Assembly (NCBI GenBank): GCA_044892505.1
Contig: CM097882.1
Span: forward strand, 44,950,001 to 45,014,000
Length of the DNA stretch: 64,000 bases
DNA from: Schmidtea nova
Lineage: Eukaryota
Direction of reading: 5' to 3'
Shown here one piece after another: positions 1 through 14,640 of the stretch. Each line of letters begins with the position of its first letter. Positions within the stretch are counted from its first letter, which is position 1. The translations under genes and the position numbers were made by a program. The notes under the pieces are model-generated. The model searched no databases and was not told the origin of the DNA. It worked only from the letters and a program-made list of their open reading frames with translations.

Positions 1-3000
1 TAAAGAAATATTTCCCAAAGACAAGCGTCGAAAATTTTCAGAGTTGGTTCGAAAAGGAATAACATATTGGGAAGCATTTATAAATGTCAACAATCTTTAT
101 CGGAAATAAATTCATAACATCTAAATTGAAGATAAGAATAACAAACTGACAATTAAAAATTACGAACATAGACCGCCTTGTGAAAGACATATAAGACACA
201 CACACACACACATATATATATAATCTACCTGGCTTAAGTTTAACAGCTTATTTTTAAAAATAATGCTCATTAAAATGAACTCTAAATTGCAAAATAAAGT
301 TTTATAGAATTGTACTTTATAGCGTTAATGTAATTTGTAATTTAAATTGAATAGAATAGTTAAAAATTAAACTTAAAACTAAAGATCTTTGGTAAAATTT
401 ATTACAAATGTTTAAGTTTTAATATCATTTTATTGCACAAGCGTGTGAAAATATTTAAAATTCTCAATCCGGTCCATTTTATTGAGAAAGTTACACGTGG
501 TTGCAAAGTGGGTGTCATGAGCTTACAATATGTAAAGAAATGTAAGTTTTATTGAATAAAATTGAAACCATCTAGAATGAATAATTGAAGCGACAAAGAA
601 CATATCCATGGCCAATGGTATTTCCCTGAAGATATTTTGTCAGATGACCACATTAAAGAACAGGTACTATAAATAAAACGGAACCGGGAAAAAATGTTAG
701 ACTTGGCCAATTTTTAGAATGTTATATGAGAATTCTGATCAAAGCCTACTACCAGTCACAGAATAGAAGATCGATGGAAGTAAATTTCAACTGAATGAAA
801 TTCATCAGTAAACCCTGACAAGATAAAACCTTTCAATTAATCCTATTGATATGAAGAGCTGAAAAATCATTGATACAATTTTAAGCATTAAATTATCATA
901 TCTGGAACTGGTTTAATTTACATAATTAGTTTTGTTAATAAATTTCTGATAAATTAAATATTTGTAATAAAACTGTCTAGTGTAATATTCTTTAAATAAA
1001 TCAAAATTATAAAAATGTCAAAANNNNNNNNNNNNNNNNNNNNNNNNNNNNNNNNNNNNNNNNNNNNNNNNNNNNNNNNNNNNNNNNNNNNNNNNNNNNN
1101 NNNNNNNNNNNNNNNNNNNNNNNNNNNNNNNNNNNNNNNNNNNNNNNNNNNNNNNNNNNNNTGAACTTTAGAATTATCTCTAGGCTATTAATTTTCAACA
1201 TAAATTCACACCAATTTATTCAATAAGTAATTCATATAGTTGTAAATTTGCGATATATTAAATATTAACCTAAACAAAGTTCAATCACCCCCTCATAGAT
1301 TTATTAATTTTATTGCACAAATTATTTCTAACAGATATATAAAATGAAAAAAAATAAATTAATAACCAGCTCAAATTACACCTTTGAATGAGTCAAAGAA
1401 AAATAGAGTTGAATAACATATATTTTAAATATAAAGTTACTAGAAAATTGATTTACATAAATATAAGTATTTATTTCAATGTAAATAATAATGATATAAT
1501 GCATAATTTGAAAATAGAAAAGAAAAATTATAAATCAGATATGTTTCATAGATATTACTCAAACAGAAAATCAAAATATTCATAGACCAATATAGGGAAA
1601 ATATCTTAGTTAAGACTGGATGGCCCCAAAAATGGGGTAACGTAACAAAAGAACAGGTTAGCTTCATGAATTTGTTCAAGTTGTGATGCAATTGACAGTT
1701 ACAATGTATGAGTATAATATCGTTAAAAATTTAAATATTTTTTAGAAAATAAAATGTTAAAAATACATCAAAATAAATTTGAATAACAACATAAAATATA
1801 TGTAAATTGGTTTGCATAGTTGTAACACTTTTTCGGACAATTACTGCATTTGCGGTCAAATTAGTTTTTGCAAGGATATTGAAAATTGTATTAATACTTC
1901 CATGTCTCAAATTCATACGAATTTTATTGTGAACTAAATATTAGTAGATGGTTCATGTCTCTAAATAATATCCATTGTTAGGAATTAGGCCAAATTGAAA
2001 ATCTAAAATTTATTTAATTCAAAAATCTGTCGTTCTTTTATGTAATAAAACAACTCGACGAATTTCTCAATAATAATACTTGCATCATCAATAATTTTCG
2101 TACATGTTTAAATTTTATTTAATATATATTTAAAAATTCACTAAATAGTATTATGTTGATAGTTGCCTGACAATTGGGCGCAACGACAACTGGGGTCACT
2201 AATAACTGGAACATCCTATTTCTTTTTGACATTTTTGAATTATTTATAGACCCAGTTGTCGTTGGTACCAATTGCTTATGGCCCTGATTGTCTTTAGGGT
2301 TGACATTAGGGTAAATCATGCAAAAAAAATTGCGATTCTTGTAGATATTTTATAAAAAGTAATTACTGTCCACAAAAGTGTTAATTTATAAAGTAAAATA
2401 TTCATGTTTTGTACTGTATTTTGTCCAAAATCAAAATTTTCAAAATCACTTTAAAATGACCAGACTACTGGAACTTGGAAAATCAATTTGTAACATAAAT
2501 TATACGAATTTTAATAATAAAATATAGAAACTACAAGCCTATTTAGATTTGATTTAACTTATGAAAATTTGATTATATCGATGTGATTTACACTTTTTAA
2601 TTTGTCGTCTCTGATCTCTATTTTTTACTTCAGAAATTTTCAATTTTTATTTATTTTAATTTTTTCAACACAAATCTTAGGCACAAGCTCTTTAAGCGTA
2701 TAATTCCCTGAAAATAAACATTTGAAAAAGTTTGTTATAACTAAAAACGATTTTGATCTAGTCACTCTGCAATATCACATCATTTGTTAATAATAATCTA
2801 CTATCATGGTTATATTATTTTTCTAAGGAAGAAGTCACCGCACGGGGCCTTGGCTCAATATCACATAACTTCATACATTAACCGCTATATCACTCTAGTA
2901 GAGTTATATTTCAAAAATGAGAAAGCTGTCTTTATATTCGAACTAATAAGAAAGCAATGATTGTAATAACGATTTCACTGGTCAATTTAGATTATCTGAC

Positions 3001-4100
3001 CTATCTTAGCAAACTACAGCATTAAGAAGTTCCGATTTTGAAACTTTTCAACTCTTATAACTTAGTTGATATTAGTTACAATTTTAGTAAGAAATATGAA
3101 TTGCGAAGAATTTTTTGAAAAAAATAATCTAAGGAAATTTATTTGAATGTCAAAATACTCTAAAGTAGGCCTGAACAACTAGCGGCTTATAAGTGGCATG
3201 CAGTTTGAAAAGACATTTTTACAGCTCTAAAAATTGAAATCGATTTCGATGAACTAAGCAAAATAACTAGAATTCAAATTAGTCATTAAATGGTTTTTTA
3301 TTGATATTTGAATTTGTACATTTATGAAGTACAAATAATCTTTTCCGACTCACTCTGCTTTAATAATTTTGAAATCAGCTATTGTAAGGTTTTTTGTTGC
3401 CAAGGCCTCCTTTAAAGGTTTATAATTCTAATTATGAACAAACAATTACTTGTACATTTAGTGAAGATTATTATAAACACGTTTTGATGCCCAAAAGTAG
3501 TAATCCAAATTCCAAATCAAATTGATCTAAATTTTATCCGTATAAAATTTGTTTCATTTTCGTCCGTTTATATTTAAAATATTCTATTTGTTAGAATCTT
3601 TTTAGAGCCACAAAACATTTCTCCAACGCCTCCCAACCATTCACAGGATGACGGACTACATGATCTAGTTACGAGATGAAAAAAAAATATTTAAAATCCC
3701 TAAAGCCCCCAAGTGGAGGGTGCTGCCCATTTTTGGAATCACTGTATTTAATAATAAAACTATTATGCTGTAGACTATTTAAAGTTATCGTTTTATATTG
3801 TATAATAATGTAATCAGTCTTACAATATTTGCTTATAGCATTATATATATATATATATATATATACCCCGGCCTACCAAATGTCTCCAGTCAGGCAGTTA
3901 TTTAGATATTGCAGTTTATAATGGACGTCTGCCATGCAAATATGAACAGTAATGAGGGTAAAGGGTACCAACACCTTCAACATGCTGCATGCGTAGTTGT
4001 ACACACGCACGCACTCACACAGATTAAGACTGCTCGCGCCAGACACACAACAGTGATAGCAGTGACTCATGTTAATGAAGGATTGTCATTTTCTTAGAAT

Positions 4101-4210
4101 ATGGCTACTCGGATAGAGCTTACAGACTTTTAGAAAGGCATTATTTACGGATGTTACCTTTGTGGAAAAAAGTCAGAGAGAAACTGCTGCATTGACTAGA
4201 GTTCTATAAG
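4101..4210 (+). mobile_element. Tc1-like transposase N-terminal remnant
   Basis: Translates as MATRIELTDF*KGIIYGCYLCGK / SQRETAALTRV across a stop and a frameshift, resembling the Tc1 paired-like HTH start (ELSDFERGMIVG...S.RETA). Confidence 0.45.
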
Positions 4211-7200
4211 GGCTGCAACCCGGTAGCATCCCGCGAGCACACCACTGTATATATATATAATCATTTTTCATTTTTCATTTTACATAAATATACATATATT
4301 TTGAGTAATAATGATAAAAAAGTAGTAATAAAAAGTAGTGAATCACTACTAGTGATAAGAAATAATACTTATTTCCCAATATATAATATAATTCCATAAA
4401 CAAATATCGGTCTTCCATGTACTTCAAATTATAAAAAACAGTCAACTATAACATGGTAACAAGTTTGAATGACAACATTGATAAAAAACTGAAACATTTC
4501 ATAATATAAAATTGATATCGAAAGTCATTTAATGATCTAATTGGCTATAGCATGTAAATTCAGTAAACATGACCTTAATGGCAAAATTTAATTGGGAAAA
4601 TATCACAATTTAATATTATAACAACTGCATAACATATCAGCAGATAAAGTAATTTGGAAAATGTCACTGGCAATCAATAATTTAATAACTTTGATATTAA
4701 TTACGAATTGAACCATTTTCACAAGCTAATTTGTACATAATAATTATAAGCTCACAGCCTCTAGTGTGAAACATGTTTTTATTGAATAACTCAAAATATT
4801 AAATAAAAATTACTCGAGATGGTTTCATATCCTGCAATAAAAGAGATTTGCGATTGTGAATGGAATTTTTGTAGTGAAATTCAATTAATTTATTGATAGA
4901 ACCGAATTTCTGAGCCCATATATAATAATTACCAACTTCATCTTGCAAAATTTTGAAATGCATTATTTCTCGATCTTGTCTACATAATTAAATATTCTAT
5001 AAATATTACTGACAATTCAGAATATCATTTATAAATCGCATGCCTGGAATAATTCTAAGCAATTTAAAATGACAGAAACTGGCAAAAATATATTCTATAT
5101 AAAACTATTAGAATTTCAGATAAATTTAGATAAATCGAATTGTAAGCTCAAACTGGCCAACTTGAATCATTAAAAATTTTGATTTTAATTATTTTAAAAT
5201 TGCGTTTCAATACAATAAAAGAAATTTTATTAGAAAAAAAATTGAAAAAAATTTCCAACATATTTTTACTTTTTTGAATTATTTCTTTCGTACAAATAGA
5301 ATTATTATAGTGGTAAAAGTCGGAAAAGTCGAATATGGAAGTAAAAAAAGTCGACAGATCATGAAAAATTAGCCGACTGCAAACCATAAAAAATAACCGA
5401 CATCCAACAAATACAAAAAAAATTGTCGATATAAATTCAAATAATTTCGGAGAAAAAGTTAATAAAATAACTAACTAACTTTGATAAAAAGTGATTATTA
5501 CTATTTATTACAATGTCATATGTGGTAATATTTTAAAAAGTAATTATAAAATAATATTGACATTTTGTCAAACATTTGCAGACTAATCGTAATTGGGTAC
5601 CATTTCACAAATAAATAAATAGCATGAAATTGTTACCCTTAGGTGACTATATCGAATGTATACTGTATTTGGAAGACATTTTATGGAAGAATTTTATGAT
5701 TTTCATATTTAAAGACTTGAAAGAATATTAAAGTAAAAGATTTTAAGTAAAAAGATTTTAAGTAAAAAGATTTTAATGTATTATTTAGATGTTAAAATTA
5801 TTTAAAAAGGTTTATAATTTTTTAAAATAATTAAGATCGTTTTAAGGGGATAAATATTTTCTTAAAAATTTTATAATAGCAAAAATTTTTTATTTATTTT
5901 TCTCTAAGATCTATAAAAAAAGTAATGAAAAATAATTTTGTCGACAGGCTCGATCACCTTTTAATTACTTTTTATTTAATGGTGATCGACTAAAAATCAC
6001 TTTGTATTTGATCTTATTGAAATCATTATCTTACGGCTTTTTCAAAATCCATCATGTCAAATTTTTAAAATAAAAACATCATTACTAAAATATTAATATA
6101 AATATGAAAAACTTTAAATATTAAACCATTTAAGTAAACTAAGTGAATATCTCTTGATGAGCAAAGAATATTGAAACTCAAAGTTATATCACGTTTATGC
6201 TTCATGACAAATTGTAAAATATCTATTAATATATTGATGGTTCGAGAGAAATAAGAATAAAATATAAATATTGATGGTAGCAAGCATGAATTTAAATAAT
6301 TATCCCTTTCGTACTGGAATAAAAGTGGTCGGGGAACCGGTGTAAATTACCCTAAATGGAAAAAATGAAAATTTTGGGATTAATGAAAACGAAAAAAAAA
6401 TTATATTATTTTTAAATGAGACGAGTACTATTTTTTGTAATATTTTATTTTGCTGGCAGGGTTCCTTCGGGCGGTAGCATGTCAAAGTAATGTCAGACGG
6501 CCGGATTCGAGCGGAAAGTACATACGTGTTTTACATGGTGTTTTATTTTTATATATATTATAGGGTACGCCACTTGCGATAAGGCTAACAATAATTGCTA
6601 TATAATCTTTTTTACAAAAAGATCAAATGTTAGTCTAAAATTCTATAGTACACGCATCTAGTAAACAATAAATAAAATGACAGCAGATATTTCGCAAATA
6701 TGGAACCAAATATTTGTTTCTTAAAATTCATATCAGTTTCCTATATATTTAATTTTAAATTAATTTAAAAAATTAACGAATAAATTATGAGAATAATTAA
6801 AAAAATAAATTTAATTTTCAGATTCAAATGGATGTAAAAAGTATTATAATAGATAAAATTTAAATATTGAAGTTATTAATTGGCTTGCCTGTAAAGAATA
6901 ATTGAAAATTGAAAATATAAAATATTTATTTAATGCGTGTAGATGAACATCCCCTATTCAATTGTTAACTCATGCTTGTTAGAATATCATCAAATATAAA
7001 AAGAAATAGTTTGAATAACATTGAAATTTGTGTTGTTTAAAATATAGATTTTTGAAATTATAGATGTTTTTAATTTAAGAAACCAAATAAATAATATGAC
7101 GACGATGATGGCCAATTTTATCAAGGCGCTGGAAAATTTCGAGATGGGAACCGATGTCGAAGATTTTATTAAAGAAGCAGAAAGATTTTTCGAATTAACG

Positions 7201-7857
7201 TCGATAGCTGAAGACTTGAAAATAAAATTTGCCAAATCTTTCTAATCAACGAATGCAATTAAGAATTATGAAAATTATATGGATAGACCGAGAGGAGCAT
7301 TCAAAAAGTCAATGAATCTGACGGCAGGCCTAAGTAAATCGGTAGAATTTAGACAAGATGATTCTGCGGATGATTTCTGTAAAAAAAATTGAGAAATTGT
7401 CAAAACGAATTCTGAAACATGAATTTAATGAAAAGGAGCTATAAAAATTTCACAAATTTAATGCAGAGGGAGACCAAGATTTGAGATTAAATGAATAAAA
7501 ATCAGTGGACGAAATGAAAAACAGAATTAAAAAACACGAAAAGATAATTAAAGAATTAAACCGAAACAGTGACTCGATGGCAGTTATGGAAACTGAAACA
7601 AAATAAGCACATATGGTGAAAAAAGCTTTAAATATTCCAACAAGACCAATGCCAGAAAAAATATAATGACATACCGAGAAAAAAAGAATCAGCGAATCAA
7701 AACAGGATCGAGAATATCCGAACTTGATCGTTGTATTAAAACAAAGATACAATAACAATCACTTGAAATATTTTTTTAAAAATATTTGTCGGAAAACTAT
7801 TGGTTTTAAAACAAGTAATAAAAAGTAAAGCTCTATGATATCAAGTGCAAAACCCAA

Positions 7858-7899
7858 ATAGCAGACTAGTTTCAAGCTTTTCGCTCTCATCAGTGCTAT
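7858..7899 (-). ncRNA. Minimal type I hammerhead ribozyme motif (Penelope/retrozyme type)
   Basis: Minus strand reads ATAGCA-CTGATGA-GAGC-gaaaa-GCTT-GAAA-CTAG-TC-TGCTAT: stem I ATAGCA/TGCTAT, intact catalytic core, stem II with a G-U pair, palindromic minimal stem III. Confidence 0.8.
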
Positions 7900-8206
7900 G
7901 CAGGAGACACAAAAATTGCTCTTCGAGCCAGGTAAGTATAAAACAAAGTTGAAATAACTTTATTAAATACTTTTTCTAGTACACCGAATATCTTGAGTTT
8001 ATCATACCGAATTACTCAATATCAGATTCGGCGAATTTTTTCCCCGGATTTTGGAATTGGGACCCATTTTTAAAATTCGCCGAATCCCGATTGCTCGATA
8101 TGAAATTCACTATTAAAATAAATATTCTTGATTACAACAAAAAATACAATTAGTTTTTCTATCACATCATAATTATCATTTTGTTACACCTTTGATATTT
8201 TTTCAA

Positions 8207-8364
8207 TATTAATATCAATAATTTTCATAAGACTATAGATCAAAACTTTTTTTTAACAAGTTCTCAATAACAAGTATACATACCTGATAAAGGCTGTGTC
8301 GAAATATTGTTTACTTGTTTAAAAAAAATTTCATCTATAGTCTTATGAAAATTATTGATATTAA
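8207..8364. mobile_element. Foldback MITE (family also at about 28650-28808 and 32436-32545)
   Basis: Terminal inverted repeats ATCAATAATTTTCATAAGACTATAGAT / ATCTATAGTCTTATGAAAATTATTGAT; related ends at the other two loci. Confidence 0.6.
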
Positions 8365-8681
8365 TAGTTTTTCTATCTGTTTGAAAATTTGGTAACTAAA
8401 AGTGACAACTTGACAAATCTTTAATGACCAAATTTGAAAAAAATTAAAACTTAGTAGATTCTGGTCTTTGGATTTTATGTTATTATGAAGAAAATTGTAT
8501 TGATATTTTAGGATTCTCAATTGTTTTAGTTCCAGCTTAATTTTTAAACTATTTCAAATATAAAATAAAAATTCGCGTATAAACTTCAAATTTTTTTTAA
8601 AAAGAATTAATAAATTAATAATTAATAATTAAATTAATAATTAATAAATTAAAGTTTTCTAAAATTAGTATGACCTTAGCT

Positions 8682-9480
8682 ATGGCGGCTAAAAGATCTA
8701 AAGTTTGGAATTATTTTACCGTGGAATCAACAATTAGTAATTCAAAACAAGCAAAAGTAAAATGTACTAAATGCATCACTAATTTGTTATACCCGGATCA
8801 TTCAACATTATCAATGGCTAAACATTTAAAGGTTAAACATTGAATTACTGTAATAAATGAAGAAACTGTAGATAATCTGAAATAAAAATCGCAAAACACA
8901 TCAATATTAGATTACAATATAACAGTAGCTAGTATTTTTATGGGAAAATATCTATCTGAAGTTAATACAAAATTAATTTCTGAACTATTACTAAATTTGA
9001 CTAAAAGAATTAAAGAACGATTAAACATAAATTTAAAGAAATTATTAAAATGTTTGAAAGACCCAAATAGTACTCCATATATAAATGTTTTGAATTTAGC
9101 TGGAAAAACAATGGATTTTTGGTTCAGATTAAAAAGTTGAAGATTCAAACAACGTTGTATCAAAATAAATTGAAGAATCAGAAACTTTATCCATTGAAAG
9201 AGTTGAATGAGATTTTTAGAAAAGTATTTGGAGGAACCAAAAGCAAAATGTGATTTTAATAAGTTGAAACAAAAATTTATTTTATTTAAAAATACAGGGA
9301 AAAAACAAATAATTTGCTAAAACTTTACGAGGCTCTTTTAAGTATTAAATTGACTTTAAAATCTACAGAAAGAATTTTCTTTGTATGGAAGCTTTTATAT
9401 AAAAATACGATTTCGTTTATCGGACAAATCACTCAATTTCTTGTTATTCGTAAAAGAATTTTATGTAAATAGCAAATTAA
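8682..9480 (+). mobile_element. Internally deleted hAT transposase remnant (BED finger and C-terminal dimerisation region)
   Basis: MAAKRSKVWNYFTVES...KCTKC...MAKHLKVKH BED zinc finger at 8682-8840; LKSTERIFS...RFRLSDKSLNFLLF hATC-like motif at about 9355-9460; contains stops. Confidence 0.7.
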
Positions 9481-9621
9481 ATTAAAAATTGTTTAATATT
9501 ACTTTTTTTAATATCACTAATTTCATAATTTGTATTATTTAAGTGTTATTTTTTTATATAAACTTATTTCAACTTTGTTTTCTACTTATTTGGCGCGAAG
9601 AGCAATTTTTACATCTCCTGC

Positions 9622-9663
9622 ATAGCACTGATGAGAGCCCAAAGCTCGAAACTAGTCTGCTAT
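9622..9663 (+). ncRNA. Minimal type I hammerhead ribozyme motif (Penelope/retrozyme type)
   Basis: ATAGCA-CTGATGA-GAGC-ccaaa-GCTC-GAAA-CTAG-TC^TGCTAT; predicted GUC cleavage after 9657. Confidence 0.85.
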
Positions 9664-12600
9664 TGAGGTTTTTCAAAGTATAGTAAATTAAATGGTAGAC
9701 CGAAAGTCACAATATTTATCAATGAGAATGACGTATGCTGTTTATTAGATACATGAGCAAAAATCCAAATGATTTATGAAAGTGTATTAGAAAAGAAAGA
9801 AAAGTTTAGTTTGGAACGATGTTATGTTAAATTGAGATATGCAAATGATTCACCAGTATCTATAGTAGGTAAAGTAAATATTAGTTCAAAAAGTGGAAAT
9901 AAGATACGAGAATAATTTAATTTATTGTGGCCAAAGAAATTTCACCAAAAGTAATTGGCGAAATATAATTCTAGAGAAAATTCGATATGATAATTAATAT
10001 GATAAGTTTTTCAGAGGAAGATACAAACATTGCATAAATGTAAAAGAAGTGAGCGAATCTAATCAGTGTAAAAGAGAGCAATGTCAGAGAATTATGCAGA
10101 AAATTTGAGATAATTTTTATGAAACAAAAATGGAATGTGAGTAGGACAAATTTATTAACGCATGAAACTTTAACATCAGGAAGCCCTATTGTGATAAATC
10201 CAAGGCGACAGTCAAATCAATTTAATTGGAAAGATTGATAAAAAATATAAGAGGTGGAAAAATACGGAATTATAAAAGAATATAAGTCTCCATGGAGCAC
10301 ACCTTTAGTGTGTGTAAAGTAAAAAGATAAAAACGATGTACGAATTTGTCTAGATTTTAGAGCGCTAAACAATGTCACAGAACGACCAATAATTCCAATA
10401 CAGAATACAAATGAACTATTGGATACATTGGGAGATGTAAAATATTTTTTGGAATATATTTATGGAATATACTTTTTATGGAATATATGCGTACTATTAA
10501 GTGAAGCTAGATGAATAACCAAGACTGAAGACAGCATTTTCTACGAAAAATACAATATTGCTTTAATCGTATTTCATTTGTGATAGTAACAACTCTCGCA
10601 ACTATTCAAAAATGAATGAACTTGATTGACAAATAGCGATTATGTATTTGGACGATATTCTTATATTTTCAAAAGAATTAAAACAACACTATATAGAAAA
10701 AGTTTTCAAGAAAGTAGAACAGGCGGTACTAAAAATTAGTCGATAAAATGTCAAAGTAAAATGAAGTAAAAGGAATAAAGTAAAAGAAATGAGAAATGAG
10801 AAAGAAGAATCAAACAAAAGAAATTAAACAGGAAATCAAAACAAAGGTGCAAAAGGAAAAGAAATTCCAAAATGGGAAAAAACAAAATAACAACAGTAAT
10901 CATATCTCGACAGCTTGTCAGAGATAACGGGAAGAAAAATAAAACAACCAGGAGCGGGAAAAGGAAAAAGCAAAAATTATCTAGACAGCTGTCATAGATA
11001 AAACGGGAATTGGGAGAAAAAACGAGATGTCCGTGAATTAAAATGAAAAAGGCAAAATTTATCTGAAGTGCAATAAAATTTGACGAGATATAAAAGGAAG
11101 AGACACAGCAGAAGCAGGCAGAAGTTTAGAGAGAATATTTTAGTCAGAATTTTAGAGAGCAGAATATTGTGAACCGAAGTGTGAAACAAAAGTTGCCAGA
11201 GAAGTTGTGAAACCGAATAATTGAATTAGAAGTTATGAGAGACAAAGCGGGAGAAGAATTAATTGAATTAGAAGTGAAGAGAACTATACAGAAACACTAA
11301 GCAAAACTTAAAAAGAAAATTTTAAAAAAATTGAGAAGAGACAGTGAAACAAAGAGATAAACAACAGGAGCTGATCCAGTTGATAATCGAGTGAAGTTCG
11401 GCGTAAATCCAAGTTAAACCAAGAAAACAACCAGCCAAATTGCCAATTGTTGTATCCATCAGTGGTGAGTGAGCCAAGACACTATACAAGTGAGCTGTTC
11501 TTCACGAAGTGTCGTAATAAGCTCGTATAATAGTCGAAAGAATTATGAATTGATTGTGATAGTTTGAATCGTGTAAATCAGTGTAATAATCAATAAAGTT
11601 TGTGTTATTGAAAGTGTTATTGGGGGTCAAGATATTTGGAGTCAGATATTTGATTGGTAACTTTTACCATTTCACCAACAACCCCAGAACCCAACAATAA
11701 TAATAATAAATTAAAATTATTATAATTTACTTTTAATAATTTATAACAACTAAAATGACGTTAATTTAGATATGAGTGAGACAAATAGACAGACAGTGGC
11801 ATTTAGATAGGGCCGGCTTAGATAAAGAGAAAATGGGACAATAGCTTGAGGCGCATTCGAAAACAGCGCCAAAATATTTTTAAAAATTTATTCTCTAGGA
11901 TAAAAAAGCAAATTTTTTGTTCAACTTTCTTTTCTTTTCATTACTCATTGATCAAAGCAAAGATAGAAAGAGATAGGTTATAATTTTTTTTTAAATAAAA
12001 TTTTTAAAGGCAAATCAGTGTTTAATATAATTAAATTATATATAAATATTTTTAATAATGACTTTAATTTTATATTTAATAATAAAATTTGTATTAAAAA
12101 TGAAATCGAAATTCTTATTAATTCTCATAAAAAGCAATAAACAATATAAAAAATAAATATAGTCAACGATAAAATATGAATTTTTAACAAACCAAAATTC
12201 AATCGTACATATTCAGATTTGTATTTTAAAATGTTTAATATTGAAATTTTAAAAAAATTCTAGTATTTGCGATTCAAAAAGAATAATATTAAAGCCTAAT
12301 ATTTAGAAATAGGAAGGCTACAGTTTGGAGGGCTTAGAAGTTTGAAGATTAATGCACTAAAAAGCTAAATGATATGCTCTATTCCTAACAACTCTTGATT
12401 ATAGACAAGCAATAGAGCCAGTTTCATTCGCAATTTTATAATTATTTTTTTCACAAAAATGATTTAATTTAATTTAAATTTGAAACTGAATTTTAGACGA
12501 CTTTTGTTTTCATAAAATTGTTTTAATATCCAATTTGATAATTTGTTATCAACAAAAATTAATTATTTCAAGATTGCACAAATATTTTTATAAAAAAAAN

Positions 12601-12828
12601 NNNNNNNNNNNNNNNNNNNNNNNNNNNNNNNNNNNNNNNNNNNNNNNNNNNNNNNNNNNNNNNNNNNNNNNNNNNNNNNNNNNNNNNNNNNNNNNNNNNN
12701 NNNNNNNNNNNNNNNNNNNNNNNNNNNNNNNNGTCATAGGCGCCCACACCGAAATCAGGAAATAGCACATACTCTCCAACTTTTAGAAAACCCAGGATTT
12801 TTAAATGTTTATAATATTAACATTTTAT

Positions 12829-12922
12829 TATATATTATGATATATATTATATATTATGATATATATTATATATTATGATATATATTATATATTATGATTA
12901 TATATATTATATATTATTATGT
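12829..12922. repeat. AT-rich minisatellite (TATATATTATGA-like units)
   Basis: Visible tandem repeats of atatattat / atatattatgat. Confidence 0.8.
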
Positions 12923-14607
12923 ATTAAATATAATTTTTGAAGACGATTTTGAAATTATTAATATTTGTGTAAGGAATATTTTAAAAGACCACATTATTTG
13001 AAACTTTTAACATTAATGCCTTTTTTGTTAGTCATCAATAATGAGTCTGTTGATTTTCCATGAGTTGATTAATTATCAATTTCAATACGATCTGTTGACA
13101 ATTCACAACTAAATATATATTATATCAGGAAAAGATTCTTAATATTTATTCCGTTAGAAAATAGGAATGATAAAACAATCTTCACTGATGCAATTTGGCG
13201 TGAATTTATAGTAAATGTTATAATTATTCTATGATGGCACTGAAAATTAGCAGCATAATGTTATTTCCACAAAACCATCAATATTTATTAATCACAGTGA
13301 ATTGAGAAAATTTCACATAAACCAATTTCATCGGATAATTTGAAATAGCACTTATTAAAAATTGTTTACATTTTTAACACTCATTGATTTAATTATTGAA
13401 ATAAAATGAAATTATTTTTAAGCAATACCAATCGACATAAATACACAGTATTTTTTATTCATTATAAAGTTGTCACGTATACACGAATAAAATATACAAG
13501 TCAACATATATATGAGGGAAGCTGGAAGATTCTAAAAATTTTTAAAGTTATTGGTTACAAAATATTGAAAATAAGAAATTAAAAATTTAGAAAATAATTT
13601 ATATTTAAAAGTTAAAATTGAAAAAATATTTCAGATTGAAAAATTTAAATAAAAAATGAAGATGGTAAATTTGTTATAATATCGTAACAAATTAAAACCA
13701 GTAAAGTTTTTTTTGATAATTGTGTTGAAATAAAATTTATGGACTTATTTAGCAATCAATTAATTGCCAATTTTCAAAGGATGAAAATCCTATTAATATA
13801 AAAGTAATAAAGTATGATTATGATAAATATTATGTATTCTTAGTTATTATAATGTATTTTAATGGTTTAAATATTATAATATTATGGTTTAAATTTTTAA
13901 ATATTATAGAATTATATATTAACAGAGTGATGACGGTATGCTCTGGTAAGCAAATAGCCTTAACTCCCACGTATTTTTAATATTATTTGTAATGTTCACA
14001 ATTCTTGTTGATAATTACCCCCTGTAGTCTGTACCCTCCCCCGTTCTTTTTGTTTTTCATTTTTGTACATTATATTATTACAATTCAAATTATAAATTTG
14101 AATTTGGCTTGCTATAGCAAATTGCTGTATGAAGCCAAATTACAAATTAATTAAAAATCAAAATGCCAAGGGAATTAGACAATTAAAGAAGATAGAAAAC
14201 AAATTACGATAATTTTATATTAAAACTGAAATTGTAAAAGAAAATTTAAATCAAATAAGACAAGATAAATTGTCAAGGAAAAAATTATTAAAAAGATAAA
14301 GAAAGAAATTACCAACAAATTGAAAATTCAGAAGCTAAAATAGTTGAAAAAACAAAAAAACGATTGAAAGAGAAGAAAATCCAAAGGGACTAATTATTTC
14401 GAATCAAGGCCAAAGAAAAGTCCAAGAAAATTTAGAAAACAACCCTAACAATACCAACAACCTTTCTGAAAAAAAATAGATTTTTATCCACCTGACTATA
14501 ACGATTCATGTTTATGTGAGTAGTTTTTAATTCTTTATAACTTAGCGTTGATTAAATAAATTTTTTTTAAATTTTATCATTATATTTGTGAATACAGTTA
14601 CTGCAAT

Positions 14608-14640
<33 letters not shown>

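Larger units (their letters stand above)
7096..11695 (+). mobile_element. Decayed Ty3/Gypsy LTR retrotransposon (gag, PR and RT remnants, probable 3' LTR), split by an insertion at about 7845-9675
   Basis: Gag-like MTTMMANFIKALENFEMGTDVEDFIKEAERFF at 7096. Protease-like CCLLDT*A near 9735. RT motifs SPWSTPLVCVK..DVRICLDFRALNNVT at about 10266-10380 and YLDD at 10645-10656. LTR-like tail with AATAAA near 11593 ending in AACA. Many stops and frameshifts. Confidence 0.8.

Noticed and set aside
590-665. HIHGQWYFPED, BAH-like peptide
   Set aside because: Too short, bounded by stops, no supporting exons.
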